From: Candidatus Poribacteria bacterium
GTDB lineage: Bacteria; Poribacteria; WGA-4E; UBA9662
DNA length: 45,862 bases
NCBI GenBank assembly: GCA_046582655.1
Contig: JAYGDX010000181.1
Location: 1-45,862 of the forward strand
Direction of reading: 5' to 3'
Numbering within the stretch: position 1 is the stretch's first letter; every line of letters starts with the position of its first letter. The notes under the pieces are model-generated. The model did not search any database and was not told the DNA's origin. It was given only the letters and a program-made list of their open reading frames with translations. Both the position numbers and the translations under genes were made by a program. This document shows, in pieces, positions 10,326 through 20,432 of this stretch.

Positions 10326-11504
10326 CTAGAATCGATCAGGCCACCACACATGTGGATAGTGAGTTGGGAAAAGACAATCTAGAAGATCGATAATCTCTGT
10401 TGAAACAGACACGTTACTATCCCAAACAAGATCCTCTGCTGTCCTCCGTCCCATCATGAGTTGTGCTAATTTGTTTTGTGCTATTTCTAACTTGTATCGT
10501 AACTTGCTTGTCGAGTTTTCCTGATGATCCACGTGTCCATTATCAATCTTAATTAAGTCAGTACCAAGATCAGTTGAGATTTCAATAATCCCCTGCCACT
10601 TGATGAATTCAGCTGATTTCTGTAGCCGTCTTGTCAGTTCGTAACACATCTTTTTCAGCGTCGCTGTTTGCCTGATAAGCCGCATCATTCCTCCACCGCA
10701 CCTTCGATGACAAACAGCAGTTTGAGTGCCAAAACGTCGGCAAAAGACTGAGAATGGATGATCTTGCGGTATTGAGAACCGAAGCTGATTGACTGAAACT
10801 TGGTTAGCATAATTGGCTAAGAACCGTAAAATTGAAGGAAAAATGGACTGATCTAAAAAGCCAATTTCTGAAACAGTAACATGATTGCTATCTTCTCCTC
10901 TAAAGAAGTAACCAGTAACCTGATCATTTGAGTCAACAACAACAAATGGGTTGGCAGATTGCTCCCAAGTTATGCCCCTGTTGAATCTCCGCCATAAGTC
11001 TGGATTCCGAATTAAAGTACCGACCCGATCAGCATTGTTGCTATGGTAGATTTCCAAAATCTCAGGTAAATTTGCCATCTCAAAGGTCCGTATTTGATAT
11101 TCCAAATTTGCATTATGGACATCTTGAACTTCAATATCGATCCAAGTCTCAGGAAGGACTGTTGCATATCCAAACTTATGATAGAAATTTGGGATTCCAA
11201 ATAGCATTGCCACGTCAAAATCCTGACTGTTCATCCAAGTACTGGATTCTTCCATAATCCGCCGTGCAAAACCTTGGTGACGGTACACTTCATCTGTGGC
11301 AACTCCACCAATCCCGCCCACTCTCAAGACAGAGACGCCATACCTCATTTGGTATTTGCCAAGCCACAAGCTACTGACATTTGGTTCATCATCCGTTGAG
11401 AGCACAATTTTCCAAAGTAGTTCTGACTGCCGCAGGCACTCGATCTTCACTAAAATTTCTCCTGCTAACAAGATGCTGATTATCAAATAAATCTCATCTA
11501 GCAT
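10326..11504 (-). CDS. GNAT family N-acetyltransferase (Eis-like, with C-terminal SCP2-like domain)
   Basis: 'GGIGGVAT...YRHQGFARRIM' and 'LFGIPNFYHKFGY'. The true start is probably downstream (GTG near 11450). Confidence 0.85.
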   Translation of the reverse strand: MLDEIYLIISILLAGEILVKIECLRQSELLWKIVLSTDDEPNVSSLWLGKYQMRYGVSVLRVGGIGGVATDEVYRHQGFARRIMEESSTWMNSQDFDVAMLFGIPNFYHKFGYATVLPETWIDIEVQDVHNANLEYQIRTFEMANLPEILEIYHSNNADRVGTLIRNPDLWRRFNRGITWEQSANPFVVVDSNDQVTGYFFRGEDSNHVTVSEIGFLDQSIFPSILRFLANYANQVSVNQLRFSIPQDHPFSVFCRRFGTQTAVCHRRCGGGMMRLIRQTATLKKMCYELTRRLQKSAEFIKWQGIIEISTDLGTDLIKIDNGHVDHQENSTSKLRYKLEIAQNKLAQLMMGRRTAEDLVWDSNVSVSTEIIDLLDCLFPTHYPHVWWPDRF

Positions 11505-12468
11505 CCTTCAAGTATTTGTCAAACCACTGTATTGTTTTTTTCCACATTTTCTCTGAAAGGACATGTCCCGAACCATTCTCAATATAATAAGAGAAATTTT
11601 GAGCAACACCCATATTGGTATAGGCTTCTGTAATTATCTTCATTCCTTCACGAACATCTTCAATTGGACTTCCACCATCCAGTTCGCCAAAATTCATATG
11701 TAATGGTTTAGGCGCAATTAAGGCAACTATATTAGGCGTGTCACCATACTGTTGGATGCCGGGTATAAAGTTTGGGAAGCAATGAAGCATGTACTGGCGT
11801 TGGATGGCAGTGTAAGTAGGCAGGCAACAGTTAGCCACAAGGCATTTCAACCGATCCTCCCACGGACCGATCAGCCAAGTATGCGTTGATCCCATTGAAT
11901 GGCCGTAACAACCGATTTTGTCAGCCAGAACTTCTGGTCTGCTAACAAGAAAATCAATTGCGCGTTTCATATCTAGAATATTTTTCCAAGCTAGGCACTT
12001 GCCTTCCACAGTATACCGGAGAAACTCAAATTCTTCGTACTGGCGACCGCTTAGTCTGTCACTCTGCCGTTCTTCAAAACAGACAGCGTCAGGACACAAG
12101 ACTATATAACCTGCTCGTGCCAAAGCTGATCCGGTATGGTGCATTGGATTTCCATTCAACCCTACAGGCTCGCTCTTACCTAGATGATATTGCCCGGCAT
12201 GTTGATGCCAAACAGCAACAGCTGGTGCGGGGTTGGTAGCAGAAACACCCTCCGGAATTAACACAAAAGCTGGCACAAAATCGTTGGCCTCAGCATCATA
12301 ATACACAGACTCAATGGTAAAACCATCCCTTTCCATTATTTGGCGTGAACGAACATTGAGGTCTCCTGTAGGTAGCCATTCGCCACCTAAGCACCCTAGT
12401 AACTTGTCGCGAAAATCATTTCTTGTCATGACAAAGCTATTCTCCATTTGTCCAGTCATTTTCAACAT
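11494..12468 (-). CDS. Alpha/beta hydrolase (dienelactone hydrolase/acetylxylan esterase-like)
   Basis: Nucleophile elbow GHSMG, 'RPEVLADKIGCYG', 'LIAPKPL', C-terminal 'GSGH'. Confidence 0.85.
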   Translation of the reverse strand: MLKMTGQMENSFVMTRNDFRDKLLGCLGGEWLPTGDLNVRSRQIMERDGFTIESVYYDAEANDFVPAFVLIPEGVSATNPAPAVAVWHQHAGQYHLGKSEPVGLNGNPMHHTGSALARAGYIVLCPDAVCFEERQSDRLSGRQYEEFEFLRYTVEGKCLAWKNILDMKRAIDFLVSRPEVLADKIGCYGHSMGSTHTWLIGPWEDRLKCLVANCCLPTYTAIQRQYMLHCFPNFIPGIQQYGDTPNIVALIAPKPLHMNFGELDGGSPIEDVREGMKIITEAYTNMGVAQNFSYYIENGSGHVLSEKMWKKTIQWFDKYLKDAR

Positions 12469-13306
12469 ATTTTACCACTCCATCAGATTGATTGGATTCG
12501 ATGATATGCGTCGCTTGTTGTTTCAGCTCTATAATCGCATTTTTAACGGCAATCCGACGGTCGGCTATTTGAAACATTTTAATGTCGTTAGTGTGATCTC
12601 CAAAAACCACAAGCTCGTTTTTAACCAAACCATTTTCTGTTCTAATCCAGCTAATAGCTTTATCCTTAGTTGCTTTGTGGTCGTGAATTGTTAACCAATA
12701 CCAACTTGGAGAATATAGGTTCTCCTGAAAATGGATTTCTACAAGGTGATTGTATTCCTTCTTCAGTATAGATTTCAGGTCATAAAGTGATTCGGATGAA
12801 TCAATTATGGTGAAGCACATGATTTCCTCTGCTAACGTCTCAGCTAAATCCCTAGTCTTTCGTAATCGTTTATCCTGATTCTGTTGTCTGTTTTCAAAAT
12901 ACCATTGCATTCCCATGTTAGTGATTCTGGAGTAATATAGACGATCGGTAGTTCCATTAAAAGTCGAGATGAAAGGAAGATGGCCACAGCCTAAGATGAG
13001 CTGATAGATTTTCCTCGCTACTAACGAATCAATGCTGTTGGTAACGATGTGCTTTCCTGTCTCTAGATCAGAAATAAATGCGCCATTGAACTCAATAACA
13101 GGCAGAGACAACCTCAATCCATCAAGAATAGGCCACATGGAAAAGACACTTCGAGCACTTGCGACAGTAAAATGCAGTCCTTCGTGCAGGAGCTGTTGTA
13201 AGATCTTTTTGGAGTAAGAGGACAGTGTTGCATTACTTCTTAATAATGTTCCATCAAGGTCTGAAACATAAAATGGATTTTGATATTTGTTCAGCTTTTT
13301 TCTCAA
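12437..13306 (-). CDS. Cof-type HAD family hydrolase
   Basis: Motif I 'SDLDGTLL', 'ASARS', 'FNGA', motif IV 'FGDHTNDIKMF'. Confidence 0.9.
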   Translation of the reverse strand: MRKKLNKYQNPFYVSDLDGTLLRSNATLSSYSKKILQQLLHEGLHFTVASARSVFSMWPILDGLRLSLPVIEFNGAFISDLETGKHIVTNSIDSLVARKIYQLILGCGHLPFISTFNGTTDRLYYSRITNMGMQWYFENRQQNQDKRLRKTRDLAETLAEEIMCFTIIDSSESLYDLKSILKKEYNHLVEIHFQENLYSPSWYWLTIHDHKATKDKAISWIRTENGLVKNELVVFGDHTNDIKMFQIADRRIAVKNAIIELKQQATHIIESNQSDGVVKYVENDWTNGE

Positions 13307-13326
13307 TTTCCTGTCTTAGGCTTGCG

Positions 13327-14388
13327 TTAATGGGCAAAACCATCTGTAGCTCCGATAACTGGAGCTGGGCTTAAATCGTAATCATCATGAAGTGAAATTT
13401 CATCAATATGGACACACCTTCCGGTTTTAGCTGATTGGAACATAGCAAAGATCACTTGAACCACATGTAAGTTTTCCCGACCATTTGTGAGTGGTTTCTT
13501 CCCATCACGCAAACAGTCCATAAAATGCGACATCGTATTGCCGAAGGCATTCGGAAACCATGTTTCTTCTATTCTAGGCCTGATCTCATCGTTTTTTCCC
13601 TCCACATGAACAACCATTTCCCTGCTGTTCCCATATATGGAGCCTCTAGTTCCTTGTATTCTGATCTCCTCATGGGGGTGGGGGTGTTTATGCCCAGCCC
13701 TCCCGCTGGAAGCCCAATTACAAGAGAGTAAACCTTGAATATCGCTTTCGGTTGTAAACTGTGTGACCGCCATGGTTTCACCCTGATCGATAGATCTATT
13801 ATGGCCGTGTGCTTGGCAATATACCTGTTTGAATTTTCCGAACCATTTATAGATCAATCCAATGTGATGTACCATCATGGCAGGAATAATATGTTTCTCC
13901 GGAAAATTGAGGAACCATCCGTCACAAATAATGGAGGCATAATATATGGTTCCTAAGTATTTATCTGACAAATAAGGTTCAATGGCTAAAAAGCCGGGAA
14001 CAAAACACGAGTTTTGGTTTACCATCAACTCTACTCCGTATTTTTCGCAGACTTTAACCATGGCCACTGCTTGACAGAGGTTCATTGAAAATGGCTTCTG
14101 ACATAAAATATGCTTTGAAGCCATAGCGGCAGCCTTTACTAACGGCCATCGCAGCCAAGGCTGAATCGCGATGTCAACAATATCTACATCTGGATCAGCA
14201 ACTAGTCCATTTACATCTGTATATCTCTGCTGAATTCCAAATTTGTCTGCAGTTTCAGTTAACAGTGTTTCATCTACATCACACAAGGCAGCAACACGTA
14301 AACCGTTAGCCTGATATCCAAGTAGGTGTTGTTGACCAATCCCTAGGCCGATTAAACCAATTCCATATTCGTTTCTATCTTTCATCAT
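13327..14388 (-). CDS. Gfo/Idh/MocA family oxidoreductase
   Basis: 'IGLIGLGIG' Rossmann fold, 'KHILCQKPF', 'VNQN', C-terminal 'HFMDCLRDGKKPLTNGREN...SAKTG'. Confidence 0.9.
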   Translation of the reverse strand: MMKDRNEYGIGLIGLGIGQQHLLGYQANGLRVAALCDVDETLLTETADKFGIQQRYTDVNGLVADPDVDIVDIAIQPWLRWPLVKAAAMASKHILCQKPFSMNLCQAVAMVKVCEKYGVELMVNQNSCFVPGFLAIEPYLSDKYLGTIYYASIICDGWFLNFPEKHIIPAMMVHHIGLIYKWFGKFKQVYCQAHGHNRSIDQGETMAVTQFTTESDIQGLLSCNWASSGRAGHKHPHPHEEIRIQGTRGSIYGNSREMVVHVEGKNDEIRPRIEETWFPNAFGNTMSHFMDCLRDGKKPLTNGRENLHVVQVIFAMFQSAKTGRCVHIDEISLHDDYDLSPAPVIGATDGFAH

Positions 14389-14618
14389 CTAATGATTACC
14401 TTTTTGGATGGGGAATGGGGGATAAATCCTTTGACTGATATGAGGTAAAGATCATATTTTACCTTAAACGTAATTGTTTTCATGAGAGTGTGCTACTTCT
14501 TGCGGAAGCTACTTCTCTATGTTAGCATGGCCTGATAAAAACATGCCATATTACTGTCATCTTTATCACTAAGATAAAAATGATTATTAGTTGATTAAAA
14601 GAGGAAAAGAGGGTTGAT

Positions 14619-15728
14619 GTGTCGGTTCAGTCAAAATATGTAGAAGACAGTGGGTCTCAGATTAAAATTACAGGTCTCCATGCCTTTCCGATTGGAGTGA
14701 AGGCCTATATCAAAATTGAAACCAATATGGGAGTAACAGGTTGGGGGGAGATTAACAATATGGAAACTCGTGTAGCCTGCAGTCTGGCCGAGTCCCTCTC
14801 AGAACTTATTATTGGTGAAAATCCAACTCGGATTGAGCACCATTGGCAACGTCTATTCCGAGCCCATCGGAACATTCGGGGTGGTGGATTGATAATACAT
14901 ACAATCTCCGCTATTGACATGGCACTTTGGGATATCGCAGGAAAACTATGGAATGTTCCTGTATACCGCCTCCTTGGTGGGCCATGCCGAGATAAGATCC
15001 GGATGTATCCAAGCCCAAAAGCCATTAAAACCGGACCTGGCGGATCTCAGCCGTTTGCGGGAACACCGGTTGAGATTGACGCTCTTGTGGATCGGGTACT
15101 TCAAGCTCGGAAACAGGTGGGTGATGACGGTGCTGTCATGTTTGATGCCCATAGCTGTATGCCACCACCAATACTGAAACAGTTTGCTGATCGGTTAGAG
15201 TCTAAAGATCTGCTCTTTCTAGAAGAAGCGTGGGTTCCTGGTAACATCGAAGTTATGAGAAAGATAAGAGAATCCGTTTCTGTGCCATTGGCTACGGGCG
15301 AACGGGATAGAACTATCTGGGAAGTTCGTGAAATTCTTGAAGCGCAAGTCATTGACATATTACAACCGGACTGTGGGCATGGAGGAGGTATCAGTCAAAT
15401 GAAAAAGATCGCAGCATTAGCAGAAGCACATCATGTCCCGTTGGCACCACACTGTACAATGTCGTCTCTGGGGTTAACTGCTAGTCTTCATGTTTCTGCT
15501 TCTATACCGTTTTTCCTGATTCATGAAGGGTATAAGAATGTTCTGCCAGAAGATACTGCTAAAAAAACATGGGAAATGGATGATGAAGGATATGTCTCCC
15601 TACCAGAAGGACCGGGACTGGGGGTTGAAGTTAACGAAGCTAAAGTCATAGAACTTGGCGCAGACCCCTCACGGCAGTTTAAGTGGCCAGACAGCCGATT
15701 GTCTGATGGCTCGATCGCTGATTACTAA
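14619..15728 (+). CDS. Mandelate racemase/muconate lactonizing enzyme family protein (sugar-acid dehydratase-like)
   Basis: 'GVTGWGE', 'SAIDMALWDIAGK...PVYRLLGG', metal ligands DAH / EE / GE, 'QPD..HGGGI', 'APH', 'PGLGVEVN'. Confidence 0.9.
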   Translation: MSVQSKYVEDSGSQIKITGLHAFPIGVKAYIKIETNMGVTGWGEINNMETRVACSLAESLSELIIGENPTRIEHHWQRLFRAHRNIRGGGLIIHTISAIDMALWDIAGKLWNVPVYRLLGGPCRDKIRMYPSPKAIKTGPGGSQPFAGTPVEIDALVDRVLQARKQVGDDGAVMFDAHSCMPPPILKQFADRLESKDLLFLEEAWVPGNIEVMRKIRESVSVPLATGERDRTIWEVREILEAQVIDILQPDCGHGGGISQMKKIAALAEAHHVPLAPHCTMSSLGLTASLHVSASIPFFLIHEGYKNVLPEDTAKKTWEMDDEGYVSLPEGPGLGVEVNEAKVIELGADPSRQFKWPDSRLSDGSIADY

Positions 15729-15734
15729 ACGTTA

Positions 15735-16532
15735 TTATTTCAGAGGTATCACTAGGCCATTTTGAGTTTGGAATTCTACTTCAACATAATCGGTGTTTGC
15801 GTATCTGTTATCCACGATTTTAAAGTCGCATATTTGATTTGGCAGAAATATCTCATCTGCAAGCGGCAGTGCCTTTCGCGAAATAATTCGGCGTTTTTGA
15901 TCATATAAAATGGCCGCTACCTCAAGATTAGCTAAACTAGCATTTGAAATATTTTTGACTTTACCTTTGATTACCGTGTTTAGTCTCTGGTGTTCAAATG
16001 AATATTCTCGATCGCTCCAATCCCATTCCAGGATTTTTAGAGCGATCAGTCCTTGTCTTACCAAGTTTTCTTGTTTGATTTTCCTGGTTTTTTCGATCAG
16101 GTCAGGATAAGGATGTTTTGCAGAAAGAAAATCTATGAATCTATTTGACTCCTCATATCTGCCAGTTTGTTGATATGTCATGATTTTATCAAACATATCC
16201 TTTACTTCTGACAGTATTTCGTCGTTATGGGTTAAATATGTCTTTGCTTCGCTGATCAACGGACTATCCGGAAATTGCTCTATTAGTTTTTTTAAATAAA
16301 AATTTGAAATTTCATATTCTTTACTCTCCATTTTTTGCTTGCCTAACCGAAAATAGTATTTGGCAGAACGAATATTAGCACGAGATATTCTCTGTGGGTT
16401 TGGAATATGAACCGCCTTATTTAGACCCACTTCAGCAATTCCATATTTTTTCTGGCTGTGGCATCCAGTGATTGACATCATGATCAACAGAGTGGCCGGT
16501 AGTAAATTCGCGACTATGTAAAAATACGACAT
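15735..16532 (-). CDS. Putative lipoprotein with TPR-like helices and C-terminal FxLYD-like domain
   Basis: Lipobox 'ITGC', 'LIEQFPDSPL', 'IKGKVKNIS...LEVAAILYDQ'. Confidence 0.6.
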   Translation of the reverse strand: MSYFYIVANLLPATLLIMMSITGCHSQKKYGIAEVGLNKAVHIPNPQRISRANIRSAKYYFRLGKQKMESKEYEISNFYLKKLIEQFPDSPLISEAKTYLTHNDEILSEVKDMFDKIMTYQQTGRYEESNRFIDFLSAKHPYPDLIEKTRKIKQENLVRQGLIALKILEWDWSDREYSFEHQRLNTVIKGKVKNISNASLANLEVAAILYDQKRRIISRKALPLADEIFLPNQICDFKIVDNRYANTDYVEVEFQTQNGLVIPLK

Positions 16533-16547
16533 ATTATAAAATTTGGG

Positions 16548-17246
16548 CTATTCCAAGCGATCTGGTACATTCTTAAATAAATCTCGAATCTTTTTTTGGT
16601 CTAAATCTTTGTCTTTCCCTTGCCATGTTCTTTTTACTTCCTTATTATTAACAGATGGGAAGGTAGGAACCTTGGTTCCTCTTGAGTGAAATTCAATAGT
16701 AGCCTTACTGATGGTTGGATTATAGCGCGGAAACATACGAAAAGCATAAATATGGTTTACAGATATCGGATCAGCATCGATAGGGATACGCATAGATGCA
16801 ATCAGGGAATTACTCTGGTTATGCAAGGTCAAAATAACATCAACATTCGGTATACTTTGATTTAACAAATTCTTGATTTTGCCTTCACAAAACACTGTTT
16901 GAGTGTCCTGTAATAAGGTACATGACCAACCTATTACCTCTATTGAGGCCAGCTTTTTCTTCGCATTCCGCTGATTTATGCCCTGATCAATAAAGGCTAG
17001 ATCTGTATTATTTTTCTTTGATAGGATACTAGCATTAGGGATCAGTGGACTCTGTGGGCGTTCTGAAATTAAAGTTGCTATGTATTGGTTAGACAGACCA
17101 TAATGCTTATTTCTTCTAGCTTTTGTAGCCATTTGGTAATAGTACTTGTCAGTCTTTACACCGACAGATTCCAAGTTTACTCCACAACCGAGAATTGCCA
17201 CAACACTAACGGAAACTATCGCGACAATTGCGAAAAACCTCAACAT
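16548..17246 (-). CDS. Putative lipoprotein, paralogue of the adjacent FxLYD-like gene
   Basis: Lipobox 'ILGC', 'LISERPQSPL', 'EGKIKNLL...VDVILTLHN'; same architecture as 15735-16532. Confidence 0.55.
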   Translation of the reverse strand: MLRFFAIVAIVSVSVVAILGCGVNLESVGVKTDKYYYQMATKARRNKHYGLSNQYIATLISERPQSPLIPNASILSKKNNTDLAFIDQGINQRNAKKKLASIEVIGWSCTLLQDTQTVFCEGKIKNLLNQSIPNVDVILTLHNQSNSLIASMRIPIDADPISVNHIYAFRMFPRYNPTISKATIEFHSRGTKVPTFPSVNNKEVKRTWQGKDKDLDQKKIRDLFKNVPDRLE

Positions 17247-17270
17247 TCTTTACATGCCTATTTGTACGTA

Positions 17271-18569
17271 CTAACTAAAGTTCTCATTGTCTGAACGTAT
17301 GATTTCTTCCAACCGATAGGCTGTAAGTAAAGCTACGCCACCAGACACAATCGAAATCATAAAAATTCCTTCATAACCAATTAAAGGTACCAAAAGTCCA
17401 CCAGTCATTGGTACGAAACTGACTAAAACAAGGACAGTATTCATAAAACCGATGTAAGTTGGACGGCTCAATCCCGGAGACATATTGAGCATATACGTCA
17501 TGAATCCAACCATGACGCCATTGGTTATAATTCCACTAATTGCGAAAACTAGAAAGTAGTATGGGATCTGTAGATCTGTTGGTAAAGTAACACTGGATAA
17601 TGCAACAAACGGTGGAAGGCAAAATAGCCCGGATGTAATAACTAGAATCGATCTCGTCCCATACTTTTCTCCAACGTATCCCCAAAGAACATTTGATACT
17701 ACACCAGTCAAGGCACCCACAGACAAGAAATAACCAACTGTGGGCAAAGCAACATCCAACTTTTGTAACGCGTATGGGGAGTAAAAAGGCGCAGCTATCC
17801 CAGAGAAATGGCCTGCAATACGAAACCAAATGAATCGACGATAATGAATATCTGTTTTAAAAATATGTAGACCTTGCTTGAGCTGGTTCCATATTGGTTG
17901 ACGTTCACTTTTTACCGGATGAATCGGTTCACGGATCTTGGCAAAGACCGCAAATGCCGCAGTTGCTGAAACTGTCGTACAAAAAAACAGAACAGCGTAA
18001 TTATTGGGAAATGCTAACCTCGAATCAAGAATATATTTAACGAAGAACCCAATCAAAAACGCGAAGGTATAACCGATTAACTGCCGTAAGCTAAAAAAGC
18101 GGGCTCTTCTTTGAGGTCGAATTGATTTGGAGATGATATCCATATATGGAATCGTCGACACCCCCATTGATGAAGCCGCTAGAAAGTAAAAGACTAGAAA
18201 AACAGTTACCAGTAGCAAATAATTCTGAGCTGAAATTAAGAACGTTCCAAGACAGATAACAACCCAGCAGAACACACGGCTACTCATACCCAAAATATAG
18301 AATGGGAGCTTGCGGGAACGATGCTCAATTAGGTTTGAAACTAAGAACTGGGGCCACATCCACCCAGTAGTCATTATAGATCCTGTTACGCCAACAAGAA
18401 AATTATTTTGGGTAAGTTTGTAAATAAAGGTGGTTAGTACAGTTGTCGGGTCAGTGAAGGCAAAGGAGATGCGTATGAGAATTCCTTGGGCTAAGGCAAT
18501 TCGAAAGTTGTACTTTTGATTCTTTTTCTGAGTCTGATATTCTAGCGAATCTGTTGGAACAGGCTTCAT
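17271..18569 (-). CDS. MFS transporter
   Basis: About 12 hydrophobic segments, 'DIISKSI..QRRARFFS', 'WGYVGEKYG.R', 'RPTYIG'. Confidence 0.88.
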   Translation of the reverse strand: MKPVPTDSLEYQTQKKNQKYNFRIALAQGILIRISFAFTDPTTVLTTFIYKLTQNNFLVGVTGSIMTTGWMWPQFLVSNLIEHRSRKLPFYILGMSSRVFCWVVICLGTFLISAQNYLLLVTVFLVFYFLAASSMGVSTIPYMDIISKSIRPQRRARFFSLRQLIGYTFAFLIGFFVKYILDSRLAFPNNYAVLFFCTTVSATAAFAVFAKIREPIHPVKSERQPIWNQLKQGLHIFKTDIHYRRFIWFRIAGHFSGIAAPFYSPYALQKLDVALPTVGYFLSVGALTGVVSNVLWGYVGEKYGTRSILVITSGLFCLPPFVALSSVTLPTDLQIPYYFLVFAISGIITNGVMVGFMTYMLNMSPGLSRPTYIGFMNTVLVLVSFVPMTGGLLVPLIGYEGIFMISIVSGGVALLTAYRLEEIIRSDNENFS

Positions 18570-18616
18570 AGAAATAAATTTTTCCTAACTTTTCACACAT
18601 GGAATTTTGGAGCTAA

Positions 18617-18880
18617 AGAACCTGTTTGAAAGAAATTAGAGGTGTTTGAGCATTAGTTGAATTATGGTAATATAGATCATGCTTTCGGAACGTCGACTTT
18701 TGGTTCATAATTCGGGCTTAGGCGTCGATACCATGTAAACCAAGCAAAGGTTTGTTCCACAATCCATCGTTTAGCTAAGATCTGGAAGCCTGTACCTTTC
18801 AGCTGAACAGCTATTTCCAACTGGCATTGGAGCTGATTCAGCAACCAAGTTTCTAAATTCCCACCGTAGCCACCGTCAGC
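18617..18880 (-). mobile_element. IS5-family transposase 3' remnant with probable terminal inverted repeat
   Basis: Minus strand reads ADGGYGG...GFQILAKRWIVEQTFAWFTWYRRLSPNYE, then a frameshift, then SESMIYITIIQLMLKHL*. An IS5-like end, TTTCAAACAGGTTCT, is followed by TTA at 18614-18631. Confidence 0.85.
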
Positions 18881-19444
18881 CTACAACCGTTGAGTGGTGT
18901 CACACCAGAAGCCAACCGATTCTAGCAGTTGATAGTCCACCTGATTATCAGCCACGTTAGCAACCAGGAAAACCAGCCATTGGAGATTGTCAGCTAGAAG
19001 TGCTTTGTCTGCCTCTGCGACAAGCAACTGAGCCACCGATTGCGCTACTTGGTTGGCTTTGGTTAACGCCACCACTAAGGGGATTCTCTCTGACTGGTTA
19101 GTAGATGGAATTTGTAATCCTAATAACCGTCTTTGCTATAGTGACCATAGCTGGAAAGGCGATCCAGCACCTAAACCGGTAAATTGCTCATGTCCTAGAG
19201 TTCCATCGATGACAGAGGGTTCGGTCAGGTGGAACCTCGCTTTTTCTGAGCTGACACGGATTTCTAAAAATTGGACAACGAGGGAGTTAATTGACGATAC
19301 GTTTGGCTCTGGCTCCTCCTGTCACGGGGCCAAAAGTCTAATCAAAACCATCTGGCTAATCTGTGGAGTCGATATGGGACGACCTGATTTCGCTTTTTCA
19401 CCTTGGTTTCCAGTTTCGGCCAGTGTTTGAGTTGTGACTGACAT
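18881..19444 (-). pseudogene. Degraded hypothetical ORF
   Basis: 188-codon frame from ATG 19444 with two internal stops (TGA 19322-24, TAG 19136-38); no recognisable family. Confidence 0.35.
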
Positions 19445-19632
19445 AGGTTAACAGCTATTGTATTCTATACCTCGCTGGCTCCTGTTTTGGATTTTGTCAT
19501 GGATTAGAATACCCGAATTCAATTGTAAGCCAGCAATTCTTTTTATTTCTTGCCAATACTATCATAATTGAAGCATTTTCGTCCATAATTTCAGTAAATA
19601 ATTCCAATAAATCAATTAAGGGATATTTTTCG

Positions 19633-19962
19633 ATGAAGGTTAGTGAGGGGATACTCGCTGGTTTTTCGGCTGTTCTGGTAAATAAGCTCAGAACAACCCT
19701 AACGATGCTTGACATTATCATTAGGGTTGGTTCTGTTTTAGCCTTGATTTCTGTTGGTGATGGTGCTAAAGCAGTCGTGATGAGAGAGGCCAACCGCTTT
19801 GGTAGTGTGGATCAATTCTCGTTCTATCACAGAAGTCATCTCCGAAAAGGAGATCGCTGGATTTGGATCCGTAGTAATAAGTACTTTACCTATGATGATG
19901 TCTTGGCCATCGAGGTGGAGGCTCCATCTTTCGAAACTGTGGTACCACGCATTCTGGTTTGA
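19633..19962 (+). pseudogene. MacB/FtsX-type ABC transporter permease, N-terminal fragment
   Basis: 'NKLRTTLTMLDIIIRVGSVLALISVGDGA' is a decayed version of the consensus NKLRSxLTMLGIIIGV..V.A..S.G.GA; truncated after about 110 aa. Confidence 0.8.
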
Positions 19963-20189
19963 GAGGCTCAACCATCTAAGGGGAAGATGGCAACGAATCA
20001 CGGGCAGGGTATCATGGTATCATGCTAACTTTGCAGACAATTCTTGTCGGAATCAACCCCCATATGCAGATTGGTGGGACTCGCGGCGTCTGGGGCTTGG
20101 TCTTGGTTATTATTGAGCGTACAGTGTGAAATCAAGCATCTACTGAACCATGTAACGAACCTGCTGATTTCCGGTTTGCTGAACCATCT

Positions 20190-20340
20190 TCGGTTTCCTT
20201 ACATTACTTTGGTAAAGTGGCATCAACCAGATACCTCACCGTTGGAACTGTCTATTCGGAGACCTAGATACAGCACGAGGATGTTCTACTAAGGGAAAGG
20301 TATGAAAATCCACTTAGCTTATGATATAGTAGAATAAGGT
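20190..20340 (+). repeat. Dispersed repeat, copy A
   Basis: ggtaaagtggcatcaaccagatacctcaccgttggaactgtctattcggaga...aaaggtatga...ttagcttatgatatagt aligns with copies B and C. Confidence 0.8.
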
Positions 20341-20432
20341 CCTTAGATCCAAAAAAGAATCAAGCGCAGCTTAGAGCAAGACTGATCGTGGTTGGTAGGG
20401 GAACGGGCCAGAGACAATGTGGGAGAGTTGCA

